Positions 28,307 through 37,678 of a stretch of 64,000 bases of DNA are shown here, piece after piece. The notes beneath the pieces are model-generated. The model made no database searches. It was not told the DNA's origin and worked only from the letters and a program-made list of their open reading frames with translations. Origin of the DNA: Bdellovibrionales bacterium (GTDB lineage: Bacteria; Bdellovibrionota; Bdellovibrionia; Bdellovibrionales; UBA1609). Position 1 is the first letter of the stretch, and every line of letters begins with the position of its first letter. The translations under genes and the position numbers were made by a program. Location: contig JBFWVI010000007.1 of NCBI GenBank assembly GCA_050246815.1, positions 1-64,000 on the forward strand, given 5' to 3'.

Positions 28307-29077
28307 TCAGCGCTTTGGCTGCGTTTCGGGAAATAACGAAGCCGCCCACTCTTCGCGAATGGGGCGCATTTGTTCATTGTTGAAATCCTTGGCCGCGCGA
28401 TGGCCGCCAATGATGCTGCCGATATAGGTGACGCTAAAAACCGAGTACGCGGCCACTTCGGCGCCATGCATGTCATGATTGCCAAAATCAATGGCGGCTG
28501 CCAGAAATAGGGCGTTTAGAGCCAAGGACAACGCTGCGGTTTGCCAAGCGCCCACGTAGGCGTAACCGGCGCCGGGCAAGAGGGCGTTCATGCCGGTGGC
28601 CATGGCGGGGGATCGGCGGGGAACTTTCTGCAACTGCTTTTCAAGAGAAGATTTTTGTTCGGAAATCAAGGGGGCCGTCTGTAGCGCGGTCTTAAATTCA
28701 TTGCGATCACTTTGTGAACGCCATAAGAGGGCGCGATTTTTTGTCGCCATGTCCTTTAAGCTATCGTTCTCGTCCAAATAAATGGCCCGTAAAAATGTGG
28801 CGTCCGGACCCAAATTCGTTGTCGAAAGCTCTTGGGTTAAATCTCGAACCTCTTGCAGTTCGGTCAGTTGATAAAAAGACAGGATCAAATTGTATTTTGA
28901 TTTTAAGGCCAAACTCGCACAGTTTGATTTTTGCGCGGTTGAAAAATGCAGCGAGCTTAAAAGGTATTGAGCCTTTTTGAAATACTGCTGGCCAAGGTCG
29001 AAATGCTCATTCAAAGAGCAATCCGCCGCCCAAATCGTTCGACTAAAGAAGATGACAGCTAAAATCCAAATCCGCAT
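28307..29077 (-). CDS. Exported TPR-like protein with C-terminal TM2-like membrane segment
   Basis: Signal peptide; N-terminal helical repeats; RSPAMATGMNALLPGAGYAYVG followed by TMs. Confidence 0.75.
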   Translation of the reverse strand: MRIWILAVIFFSRTIWAADCSLNEHFDLGQQYFKKAQYLLSSLHFSTAQKSNCASLALKSKYNLILSFYQLTELQEVRDLTQELSTTNLGPDATFLRAIYLDENDSLKDMATKNRALLWRSQSDRNEFKTALQTAPLISEQKSSLEKQLQKVPRRSPAMATGMNALLPGAGYAYVGAWQTAALSLALNALFLAAAIDFGNHDMHGAEVAAYSVFSVTYIGSIIGGHRAAKDFNNEQMRPIREEWAASLFPETQPKR

Positions 29078-29432
29078 GGCTTAGTCTCCGAGGGTCATAG
29101 ATTTGCGGTTTACCCAGCAAATAGTTGTCCTCTTCTTTGGCAAAGCGGGCGAAAGAAAGCAAGGTTCCTGGCAAAGAACCACAACGTCTTATGATTTTTA
29201 GTGCGTACTGTGAATCCGAAGGAAATTGTGCGCAGCTTGAACCAAGGGTTTTGCCCGCGCTGTGACGATAAAACTGCACGCCGGTGCTGCTTGAGGAACT
29301 TTTTTGTTTTTCGGAGATGTGGTTGGCGTCAAGCCGGGAAATTTGCAAAGGGCGATGGGCCGTGCTGAGGCAACCCACGGAGAAGTGGGCCGCCATCAAC
29401 ATCAAGAAGCCTATTATTTCTTTTTGGTGCAT
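29043..29432 (-). CDS. YidD-like (haemolytic-domain) protein with lipoprotein-like signal
   Basis: FYR......GSSCAQFPSDSQYA...I.RCG...G.....AR matches the YidD C.F.P.CS.Y pattern; N-terminal SVGC. Confidence 0.7.
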   Translation of the reverse strand: MHQKEIIGFLMLMAAHFSVGCLSTAHRPLQISRLDANHISEKQKSSSSSTGVQFYRHSAGKTLGSSCAQFPSDSQYALKIIRRCGSLPGTLLSFARFAKEEDNYLLGKPQIYDPRRLSHADLDFSCHLL

Positions 29433-29764
29433 GTGTATTCGTAGTTATGTTCGGGCTTATACTTTTGAATCCACAAGAAGGGGACCAGTACAAACACCCC
29501 GCCGGCACAAGCGCCGACGTCGAATTCTTCGTTGCGCGAGAACGAATAGTGCATAGGTTCGCAACCGTCTTTTTCAATGCGCACTTGAGTCGACGAGCCA
29601 ACTGTTTTGGTGTCGGTGTGAGTGACCATGCCGCGGCCTTTCATTTCGCCGTCGATATATATCTTCGCTTCGGGATCCGAAGAGCGAATGTTGGTGGTGG
29701 ACGAACAAGCCGCTAAAGCAGCAGCCATCGACAAACACACAAGGCGGTACAAATTCGTTTTCAT
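29414..29764 (-). CDS. PEGA-domain lipoprotein
   Basis: LAAC lipobox; IRSSDPEAKIYIDGEMKG...VRIEKDG. Confidence 0.82.
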   Translation of the reverse strand: MKTNLYRLVCLSMAAALAACSSTTNIRSSDPEAKIYIDGEMKGRGMVTHTDTKTVGSSTQVRIEKDGCEPMHYSFSRNEEFDVGACAGGVFVLVPFLWIQKYKPEHNYEYTCTKKK

Positions 29765-29869
29765 AAACGTGTTCCTTTTCCCTTTGTAAGGAGTTGCATT
29801 TGAAATGAACCCCATAATCGAGTGAAAAGCGGGGTTCAATCAAGAAATAAAAATAGTTTTTTAATATTT

Positions 29870-30190
29870 CTAGCCGCCTGAGCCTGTTCCAGGCTGCTTT
29901 CGTTTGGTCGGTCCTCGACCCGGGCGGGGCTGTTCGGGGAATTGGCCCGTGGCTTCAAAGCTGTCGAGCATTTTTTGCAAGTAGGGGCGGCAAGACCCCC
30001 CGCACGCGCCGACTCCGGCGTTGGTGGCGTCGAAGATTTTGATCAGGGAGTCGCAACCGCGACGGATGGCGGCTTCGATGGGTTCTTTGGGCACGCGGTT
30101 GCAATAGCAAACAAAGCGTTCACCCTTGTTCGATCGAGAGTGTGAGGAATGCTCGAACTTATTTGGGTTGGCTTTTTCGTTTTTGGCCAT
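29870..30190 (-). CDS. BFD-like [2Fe-2S]-binding protein
   Basis: VCYCNRV...AGVGACGGSCRP. Confidence 0.88.
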   Translation of the reverse strand: MAKNEKANPNKFEHSSHSRSNKGERFVCYCNRVPKEPIEAAIRRGCDSLIKIFDATNAGVGACGGSCRPYLQKMLDSFEATGQFPEQPRPGRGPTKRKQPGTGSGG

Positions 30191-31226
30191 CCTGGTCCCA
30201 ACCTCCGTTGCTGGGCTCATTGTCCAAACGGCTTAACAGCAATTCCACGACCCGGGCTTTGATGGTCTGGTATTCGCCCATGATGTAGGCCCCGGCGGCA
30301 AACATGTGGCCGCCGCCGTGAAAGGCTTCGGCGACGCCCAAAACTTCAATCTTGCCTTTGCTGCGCAAACTCATTTTGTATTCATTTTTTTTATCCTCGC
30401 GAAACAAGGCGGCGGCTTCAAGCGAGTTGATATTCATGATCATGTCGATCACATCACGTGAGTCGTCCATGTCGAGGTTGTGGTCGTCAAGATCCTTGCT
30501 TTTCAGTTTTAAAACCGCGACCCGGCCTTCGCCGTGATACTCGATTTGTCCGAAAGCCAAGGATAAGAAAGCGATTTTTTCTTTGGTGTGAGTGGAAAAG
30601 AGATGGCGATGAATCTCTTCGCTATTGGGCACGAAACCAATCAACTCGGCGGCCATTAGATGCGAGTTGCTTGAGTTTTTCACAAACTTGAACAGCTGGG
30701 TGTCGAACGCGATGCTGGTGTAAAGGGCGCGGGCAATTTTTTCGTCCAGGTGAATGCCTAGATTTTTAATCAAAAAGTAAGCGATCTCGCCGGTGCTGGC
30801 GGCACGAGTTTCGATGAATGAACCAGGGGTCGGCTCCGGGCCGGTGTTAAGGACCGGGTGATGGTCGACAAACAAGACCTCGCGGCATTTACTCTCAAGA
30901 GGGCCCCAAAGCGGTTCCACCAAACGGCGGTCATTGGTGTCGAAAATCAGGGCCAAATCGGTCGGCTCTATTGGCTTATGCGGTCCCTCAAACACCTCAA
31001 GATGGCGCTGGGGCTCTAAAAAGCTATATTTTTTGGGGACATTGTCGACGCAGATAGCGCGAACCTGTCGTCCTGTTTTTTTAAGTGCGTGGTAAAGGGC
31101 CAAAATCGCGCCTAACCCATCACCATCGCACTGCTTGTGAGTGGTCAGAATAATGGATTTAGCGGCCAGAATGCGCTTGGTTAAACTGTCTACATTTATG
31201 ATGCTGAGCCGAGCGGGAGTATTCAT
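30159..31226 (-). CDS. nrnA: DHH/DHHA1 phosphoesterase (NrnA-like)
   Basis: H..CDGD, VDHH, ASTGE, SLRS, GGGH..AAG. Confidence 0.85.
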   Translation of the reverse strand: MNTPARLSIINVDSLTKRILAAKSIILTTHKQCDGDGLGAILALYHALKKTGRQVRAICVDNVPKKYSFLEPQRHLEVFEGPHKPIEPTDLALIFDTNDRRLVEPLWGPLESKCREVLFVDHHPVLNTGPEPTPGSFIETRAASTGEIAYFLIKNLGIHLDEKIARALYTSIAFDTQLFKFVKNSSNSHLMAAELIGFVPNSEEIHRHLFSTHTKEKIAFLSLAFGQIEYHGEGRVAVLKLKSKDLDDHNLDMDDSRDVIDMIMNINSLEAAALFREDKKNEYKMSLRSKGKIEVLGVAEAFHGGGHMFAAGAYIMGEYQTIKARVVELLLSRLDNEPSNGGWDQDGQKRKSQPK

Positions 31227-31393
31227 GCCTTTTCTTTTCGGCTGTTCGATGAAGTTACTTTTGTAAAAAATTAGCAATATTTTCAGTAATTTGCGTCAAA
31301 ATTCTTGTTTTAACCATGCTCGTCTTTAAGGTTGCGGACGTTAAGAATTTCATTATAATGAGCGCTCATTTTTTTTGCGCAGGGAGTTGTCTC

Positions 31394-31873
31394 ATGGCGT
31401 CAGAACGTCAGCCCATGACTTTGGCCGGAAAGGCCAAGCTGGAGAGTGAATTGAAACACCTTTTACAGGTGGAAAGACCCTCGACTATTCGGGCGATCGA
31501 AGAGGCGCGAGGCCATGGCGACATCAGCGAAAATGCGGACTATGATGCCGCTAAAGAGCGCCAGGCTTTTGTCGAGGCTCGTATCGCCGAAATTCAAGGG
31601 CGGCTGGCCAATGCTGAAGTGGTCGACACCTCGGTATTAAAGTCGAACACCATCATCTTTGGCGCTCATGTTGAATTGCAAGATTGTGAAACCGAAGATG
31701 AAGTGACCTACCAAATCGTGGGCGAAGATGAATCAGACGTTAAAAACGGCAAGATTTCAGTCTTTTCACCCATGGCTCGAAGTCTGATCGGCAAAAAAAC
31801 CGGCGACATCATTGAATTGCGCAGTCCCAAGGGCGAGCGTGAGTTTGAGGTCTTACGTTTTTTTTTCAAGTAA
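31394..31873 (+). CDS. greA: Transcription elongation factor GreA
   Basis: HGDISENADYDAAKE, YQIVGEDE, ISVFSPMARSLIGK. Confidence 0.97.
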   Translation: MASERQPMTLAGKAKLESELKHLLQVERPSTIRAIEEARGHGDISENADYDAAKERQAFVEARIAEIQGRLANAEVVDTSVLKSNTIIFGAHVELQDCETEDEVTYQIVGEDESDVKNGKISVFSPMARSLIGKKTGDIIELRSPKGEREFEVLRFFFK

Positions 31874-31878
31874 CATAA

Positions 31879-33903
31879 ATGCCGTCAACTCGAGCTCCAC
31901 AACGACGTCGAAAGATTAAAAAAAATCCCCAGCATGTGGCGGCGACCGGCTGGGCGTGGCTGATGATCGGTTTGTTGATGGCGTTGTTTTTTGGCGGGGC
32001 CGTTCGAGCCCTGCTTTCAGAACGCCAAGTGCGACAATGGATTGAACGAACTTGGACGCAAGAAAACCCGCCCTACAATCTTAGTTTCAGCAGCGCGCGA
32101 GTCGAACTGAGTGATGGTTGGCGGCCGCACTTTGGTTTGCGGGTGCTTGATCTTGAGCTGACGCCCAAAGACCCCTGCCAACGGGGTTACAAGATGCAGG
32201 TCGACGACCTGTTTTTGCCCGGTCCTATCGCGGTTTTGTGGGGTGGGACTTTGCGCTTTGGCCAAATCGTGGCGCAGAGGGTGAATGTCGAAAAAATGGC
32301 GGCCTGTGCAGCGGCTGCGCTGCCGACACCGGTTGTGTCCGGCGTTGTGCGTGAAGTCGCGACAGCCCCAGGCGAAGGCGACAACAATACAGCTTTAAAT
32401 GAACGGCGTGCCGCCGCTGAAAAATTTTTGCGCGAGCGCTGGGCTTTAGAGCTGGAAAATACCTCGCAGTGGTTAAGTGGGGTGCGTTTATTAGATGTGC
32501 GCGTGACCGGTTTGGGTGCCACGTTTGATCAGCTGAAATTACACCAGGTCGATTTGAATTTTGCCAAGGACGGGTCGGCTGCGGATTTAACAGTGGCCTT
32601 TGGTTTTGAAGGACTTTTGGATGAGGCCCTGGCCGGCAACCAAGCGCGTTTACAAGCCCATGCCTCGGCCAGCAAAGCTGACCTGCGCCTGCATGTTCCC
32701 GTGCGTGAAGGGCGGGTGACCGTCAACGCCGCTGCGGATTTAAGCACTTTAAATTATATTGGCGAATTCAACTTAGATTTTGTTCCGGCGACCTCGCTTG
32801 TGGAAATTTTGAAACAACTGGATGTGATCACCGATCCGATCTCTTTGAAGCGCTCATGGCTGGCGGGACAAGGGCGTTGGCAGGGGCGGCTTTTGGTGCC
32901 GCAACCGGTTTCACTGATCTATGCGGATCATTTGAAGTTGAGCGGCGACGCAGGTTCGGTGCAAGTGCAGGGGCTTGATTTGTCGCCTCAAGAGCACACC
33001 TTGGCATTCAAGCCCTTTATCATACGACTTGATCATTTTTCATTGCGCTATTTAATCGAGGCTCTTGGGCGCAAGGGCTACACCGGTGTGATCAGTGATT
33101 TCGGCCAACTCAGTGGGGATTTGCAGGTCGACAGCCCCAAGCAGGTTGCGTTTCGCGGCGAAATCGAAAACATGGTCATTAACTTTTCGCGGCAAAGCGT
33201 ACGTGCCACGCAAAAGGTAAACTCCCTTCGATGCGCATTAGAGCTGCGCCAGGGACGAGTTTCAGGTATGGCTCGCGAGTTTGAACTCGACAATGGCACT
33301 TTGCGTGGCCATGTCTCGTTTAATTTGGATCGGCAAGTTCTGAACGGCTTATTTCAAATCAAGGTCGACGAATTGCAATTTCAGCCAGAAGTGCAGCGCT
33401 TGATGACAGGTGGGCAAATCGCGCCCATTGCGCTTTATGGGCAGGGGCAGATGAGTGAAGGGCATGTCAAACAATGGAGCGGTGAGATCGGCAGCAAGGA
33501 AATTATCGGTTCCAATTGGCGCACCGACACTTTGAAGATTCGCAGTGAGTTTGCCAATCAGCAGATGATTTTGCAGCTGAAGGCCAATGGCTTGAAGTTG
33601 TTTGCGGACAACGATTTTTGGCAGCGTTTTAAACCCGTATTGGCGAAGTCCCCCAAGGTCCGTGAAGAGTTGAGCCTGAAGCATTTGAGCGCGCGATTTG
33701 AAGTGAGCAGCCAGGCCTTTAAATGGCGAAATGCTTCGGCCAGCACCTTAGAAGGAGATGTCCTTTTGGCGACCGCCGGGCAGGCGGATCGTCATCAAGT
33801 GGAAGGGACTTTAAGTTTGGATTTTCCAACCGCGAAGATGGTGCGCTGGGTGGTCATTGGTCCTTGGAATGATTTGCAGTTCAGCCCAGCACCGGGACGC
33901 TAG
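31879..33903 (+). CDS. AsmA-like envelope protein (N-terminal TM, long beta-rich body)
   Basis: Single TM followed by about 600 aa of alternating beta-strand pattern; C-terminal IGPWND. Confidence 0.55.
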   Translation: MPSTRAPQRRRKIKKNPQHVAATGWAWLMIGLLMALFFGGAVRALLSERQVRQWIERTWTQENPPYNLSFSSARVELSDGWRPHFGLRVLDLELTPKDPCQRGYKMQVDDLFLPGPIAVLWGGTLRFGQIVAQRVNVEKMAACAAAALPTPVVSGVVREVATAPGEGDNNTALNERRAAAEKFLRERWALELENTSQWLSGVRLLDVRVTGLGATFDQLKLHQVDLNFAKDGSAADLTVAFGFEGLLDEALAGNQARLQAHASASKADLRLHVPVREGRVTVNAAADLSTLNYIGEFNLDFVPATSLVEILKQLDVITDPISLKRSWLAGQGRWQGRLLVPQPVSLIYADHLKLSGDAGSVQVQGLDLSPQEHTLAFKPFIIRLDHFSLRYLIEALGRKGYTGVISDFGQLSGDLQVDSPKQVAFRGEIENMVINFSRQSVRATQKVNSLRCALELRQGRVSGMAREFELDNGTLRGHVSFNLDRQVLNGLFQIKVDELQFQPEVQRLMTGGQIAPIALYGQGQMSEGHVKQWSGEIGSKEIIGSNWRTDTLKIRSEFANQQMILQLKANGLKLFADNDFWQRFKPVLAKSPKVREELSLKHLSARFEVSSQAFKWRNASASTLEGDVLLATAGQADRHQVEGTLSLDFPTAKMVRWVVIGPWNDLQFSPAPGR

Positions 33904-34925
33904 CGCAAGATCGAATCGTCGTGTAGTTTTTGACGCCAGGTCAACAGACCGCGTTCGAACAAAACCGAAATATTTTCTGCCAGTTTTTCACCCAGCGTTT
34001 TTCGGTGATGCAAAGAGAGCTCCAGGATCTGTCGTTCTGGATGCAGGCTGAACAGGTAGTCGTCACTGCTTTGCAGTCGATCACAAAGCTTCAGCTCTAG
34101 GGCCTGTTTGCCATACCAATATTCACCAGTGGCGATTTGACTTAAGTTCAACTGCGGCCGGTATTCAGCAACAAAATTCTTGAAAAGAGTGTGGGTGTCT
34201 TCGAGTTGGCTTAAAAATTTTTGTCGTCCCTTTTCTGTAATTTCACCCAATATGCTGATGGTGCGTTTGTACTCACCTGCGGTCATCTCTTCATAATCGA
34301 CGTCGTGTTTTTTTAGCACGCGATGAAGGTTGGGGACCTGCGCCACAACGCCAATCGAGCCCAAAATCGCAAAGGGTGCCGCGAGCAATTGATCGGCGGT
34401 GCAGGCCATCATGTAGCCGCCGGATGCTGCGACCTTGTCCACGCAAATCGTCAACTTAAGACCTTTGGCACGGATCCGCAGCAACTGCGTGGCGGCAAGA
34501 CCATAAGTGTGAACCATGCCGCCCGTGCTTTCGACTTTCACGACCACTTCGTCGCCATTTTGCGCGCTGGTGAGTACGGCGGTGATTTCATCGCGGAGCT
34601 GCTCGACGGCAGAGGCTTTGACGTCGCCGTCGAAGTTTAAAACGAAAACCTTGGGCTGTGCGACACCCTCTTTGCGCTTTTGTTTTTCAGCTTTGGCGCG
34701 GGCTTTCAGCTCCTTTTTCATCTGTTTGGGATCACTGCTCATTTCGTGCAAGGCATCAGCATAGGCTTGAAAGCGGTCATTGACGCTTTCGACTTCAAGA
34801 TGGCGTTGTGAGGCCGCGCGACTGCGCAGCAGAAGGTTAGCCAAGACCACAAGTATCACCACCAAGGCCATCGTGACTAAAAGAACTTTGCCGGCGAAGC
34901 CGCCGATGTCGTAGAGCATTTCCAT
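33900..34925 (-). CDS. sohB: S49 peptidase SohB
   Basis: FDGDVKAS, ESTGGMVHTYGLAA, DKVAASGGYMMAC, GSIGVV, TAGEYKRT. Confidence 0.96.
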   Translation of the reverse strand: MEMLYDIGGFAGKVLLVTMALVVILVVLANLLLRSRAASQRHLEVESVNDRFQAYADALHEMSSDPKQMKKELKARAKAEKQKRKEGVAQPKVFVLNFDGDVKASAVEQLRDEITAVLTSAQNGDEVVVKVESTGGMVHTYGLAATQLLRIRAKGLKLTICVDKVAASGGYMMACTADQLLAAPFAILGSIGVVAQVPNLHRVLKKHDVDYEEMTAGEYKRTISILGEITEKGRQKFLSQLEDTHTLFKNFVAEYRPQLNLSQIATGEYWYGKQALELKLCDRLQSSDDYLFSLHPERQILELSLHHRKTLGEKLAENISVLFERGLLTWRQKLHDDSILR

Positions 34926-35013
34926 GGCTATGTCATAGGGCGACTCTGAGGCTTAAGTCGAGGAAAAAGAGGCCAGGATTGCGGCGAACCGATCCCTGCC
35001 GCAAAATCAGGGG

Positions 35014-35445
35014 ATGCAGGCTTTGTTTTTAAGCTTATTTCTGACACTTAACGTGGCGCATGGCCAAGAGTTAGTGACCGAAAACGATCTTTCGGAATAC
35101 CGCCACCAGGTCGAAGGGCTCAACCAGCGCTATGAAGATTTTTTCGCCCATGAAGAGCGATTGCGTCGCTATGAAGACAACTTAAAACGCGCTGTTCCGG
35201 ATCAGAAGGCAGAACGCCGACGATATGAGCGAGAGGCTGAGGCCGCGATGCGAGAACACCGCCTGCACCGCCGAGAGCGAGCGGACACCGCGGCCTTAGA
35301 GCAACAAGATGCAAAAGAGAAGCGGGCCCAGGCCGCCGTGCAAGAGCGCCATCGTCGCGATTACGTCACGCGGCGCGAACAATTGCGCCGGATATCAGAA
35401 TCGGCGCGTAAAATTCCAGCCAACCGTGATGCAGGTCTAGAATAA
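35014..35445 (+). CDS. Secreted charged coiled-coil hypothetical protein
   Basis: Signal peptide ending AHG; R/E-rich helix. Confidence 0.7.
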   Translation: MQALFLSLFLTLNVAHGQELVTENDLSEYRHQVEGLNQRYEDFFAHEERLRRYEDNLKRAVPDQKAERRRYEREAEAAMREHRLHRRERADTAALEQQDAKEKRAQAAVQERHRRDYVTRREQLRRISESARKIPANRDAGLE

Positions 35446-35462
35446 TCACCACGCCTGAAATT

Positions 35463-36164
35463 TTAACCTTTGACGATTTCGTCGAAACTGAGAGCGGTCA
35501 AACGGGCCAGCCGTGACAAAAAATAGTACAGCACCGCACCTGTGAAGATCATCATGGGAAGCGCAATTGCGACAAAACCCATACCCGTCATCTTGGCGAT
35601 TTGTTCGTTAAGCATATCGGCGCGCACATCGTGGGCCAAGCTGGGATCCAAGTCGATGAAGATCCGGCGCGCGAGCACGTAATTTAAGACGCTGCTCAAC
35701 ACAAAAGAACCCGCCAGCCAAAAAGTAGAATTGCGCACCAGTCGGCTAAACGCCAGGTTCTGCGAACGCTCATTCAGGCGTTGCTCAATTTTTGCCAAGT
35801 GCAAAAGCTGCTCATTGTAAAAAAGTGTTCCCATCAGGGGTTTGCGACTCAAGGCAGAAGCCGCCACACCAAGCGCCATTAAAGCGGGGAATGCGGCTTC
35901 CTTAACGGCAAACCAAATGCCTTCTAAACGCATCAGCGCAAAGCCGCCGGTGAAGGCAACGCTGACAATGCCGAAAAGGGAAACATAGTTTTTGTGGTGG
36001 TTGCGGGCGTAATCCCAAAGGCCATAGCCAATCGGCAGGGCCAGGGCGGCTAAAAGCGCCAGAAGGGGACCTTGCTCCCCTAATCGTTTGCCCATTTGCT
36101 GCAGCAGGATGACCGGCAAAATCACGTTGATAAGGATGCTGAGCATTGGGTTTTCGCGTTTCAT
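35463..36164 (-). CDS. VC0807-family integral membrane protein
   Basis: ENPMLSILINVILP, W.AVKEAA.P, SSVLNYVLA. Confidence 0.8.
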   Translation of the reverse strand: MKRENPMLSILINVILPVILLQQMGKRLGEQGPLLALLAALALPIGYGLWDYARNHHKNYVSLFGIVSVAFTGGFALMRLEGIWFAVKEAAFPALMALGVAASALSRKPLMGTLFYNEQLLHLAKIEQRLNERSQNLAFSRLVRNSTFWLAGSFVLSSVLNYVLARRIFIDLDPSLAHDVRADMLNEQIAKMTGMGFVAIALPMMIFTGAVLYYFLSRLARLTALSFDEIVKG

Positions 36165-36276
36165 CGATGGAAATTTGACAGATAGGACAAGAAAGTCAAT
36201 TTCTACTTTTGTTAGACTGAGGCTTGTTTTCGCGGCCCAGTGGCTCTAGCCTGCGCGGGTTTTAAATGGGGGATTT

Positions 36277-37656
36277 ATGGGCCATATCTTGCGTTTGACT
36301 GTGATGCTGGGGTTGATCGTTGCAGTTCAGGCGAAGTCCAACACGTATCGCCCCCAGTTTTACGCCAAAGAGGCTTTTGAATATCGTGTCGAATTTCAGC
36401 ATATATTGAAAACCGACTTCACCACGTTATCCCAGATTCATCAGCTTTCTGCAATGGAACGAAAGATCTTAGAGGCAAGAACGCTCAGCGAGGTCCTGCG
36501 CTACTTTATGGGCCCGTTGGCCCATCGCTTTTTAGGCGGGGTTCGTGACTATGATGAGCTGAAATTGAATTTCGACGCGGCTTGGGTGGATCAGGACAAG
36601 TCCGGCTTTGTGATGATCCCATATCGTGTTCGTGGGCGTTGGGTCTTGCGCGGGCGGCAAGACAAGATTGAATTACCCCTTCCGTATCGGGTTGCTGATT
36701 TAAGGACACCGGGCTGGTTAAGGTGTGGCAGCGACGATCCGGAGTATCAGGGGCTTGAGATGCTTTGGTACTTCTGGGATCCGCTGCGCGAAGGATGTGA
36801 CCACCAAGACAAACGCGAGTATGGGAACGTGGTGGTCCAACTTAAGCTGTTGCCCACTTTGACGACAGACACACGACCCGAGTATGAACGTTTGATTCGC
36901 CAGGGTAAAAGTGGCCCATTGTTGCCGATGACTTTGGCTTTTGGTTACGTGCATGCTCCGCAAATGCCGGACCCTGAAACAGATATGGATCAAGGTGCAA
37001 TCGAGTATCGCCATTTTATCGCCTGGGTAGAAAACAACAATGACGATTTGGCAAAGACCCCAATTTTGGCGAAAGAGGTGGAATCCAACTTGCCACCTGA
37101 GCAAGTGGTGGGATGGGTTTTTCGCGGTCTGCGCCAAGGAGTGAATGTTGAACTGCGTGTGGTGATGGCGGCGGGCCTAGAGCAAATGCGCTTCTTCGCA
37201 GATTCATTCACTCGCCGACACGATTCGTTTTTTGCATGGTTCGGGCATTCCCGTTTGGGCGAGGGTTTTGATGCGCGCATCTTCCGTATTCTACTTTTCG
37301 ATCCAAACCAAAAGCTCAGCATCACCAACAATTATCAATTGGTCTATTGGGGGGGATGCAATAGCTACTCTTACTACACCGATCCATTCTTTAATTTGAA
37401 AGCCGAATATTCAAAAGGGCAAGACCCGCAGGGCACCAAAAATCTGGATCTGATTTCAAACGGGCTTGCGACCTACTTTAACTTGAACAACCTCAACGCT
37501 CAAACCTTGGTGGCTGCGATCTTCAAGTCACTTTTTGCTGATCAAGGTCCGGTTGGCTACAGGCAAATCGTTGACCAAATGGAGTCGCATGGCGAAGCCC
37601 TCGCACGGCCGATCATCGTCAACGTTTTGGGTGACGGGGACAATCCGCGTGAATGA
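36277..37656 (+). CDS. Secreted hypothetical protein with GHS/GC putative cysteine-protease dyad
   Basis: Signal peptide ending VQA; WFGHSRLG and YWGGCNSY. Confidence 0.75.
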   Translation: MGHILRLTVMLGLIVAVQAKSNTYRPQFYAKEAFEYRVEFQHILKTDFTTLSQIHQLSAMERKILEARTLSEVLRYFMGPLAHRFLGGVRDYDELKLNFDAAWVDQDKSGFVMIPYRVRGRWVLRGRQDKIELPLPYRVADLRTPGWLRCGSDDPEYQGLEMLWYFWDPLREGCDHQDKREYGNVVVQLKLLPTLTTDTRPEYERLIRQGKSGPLLPMTLAFGYVHAPQMPDPETDMDQGAIEYRHFIAWVENNNDDLAKTPILAKEVESNLPPEQVVGWVFRGLRQGVNVELRVVMAAGLEQMRFFADSFTRRHDSFFAWFGHSRLGEGFDARIFRILLFDPNQKLSITNNYQLVYWGGCNSYSYYTDPFFNLKAEYSKGQDPQGTKNLDLISNGLATYFNLNNLNAQTLVAAIFKSLFADQGPVGYRQIVDQMESHGEALARPIIVNVLGDGDNPRE

Positions 37657-37678
37657 TTTTTTCTATTTGAGACGGGCT

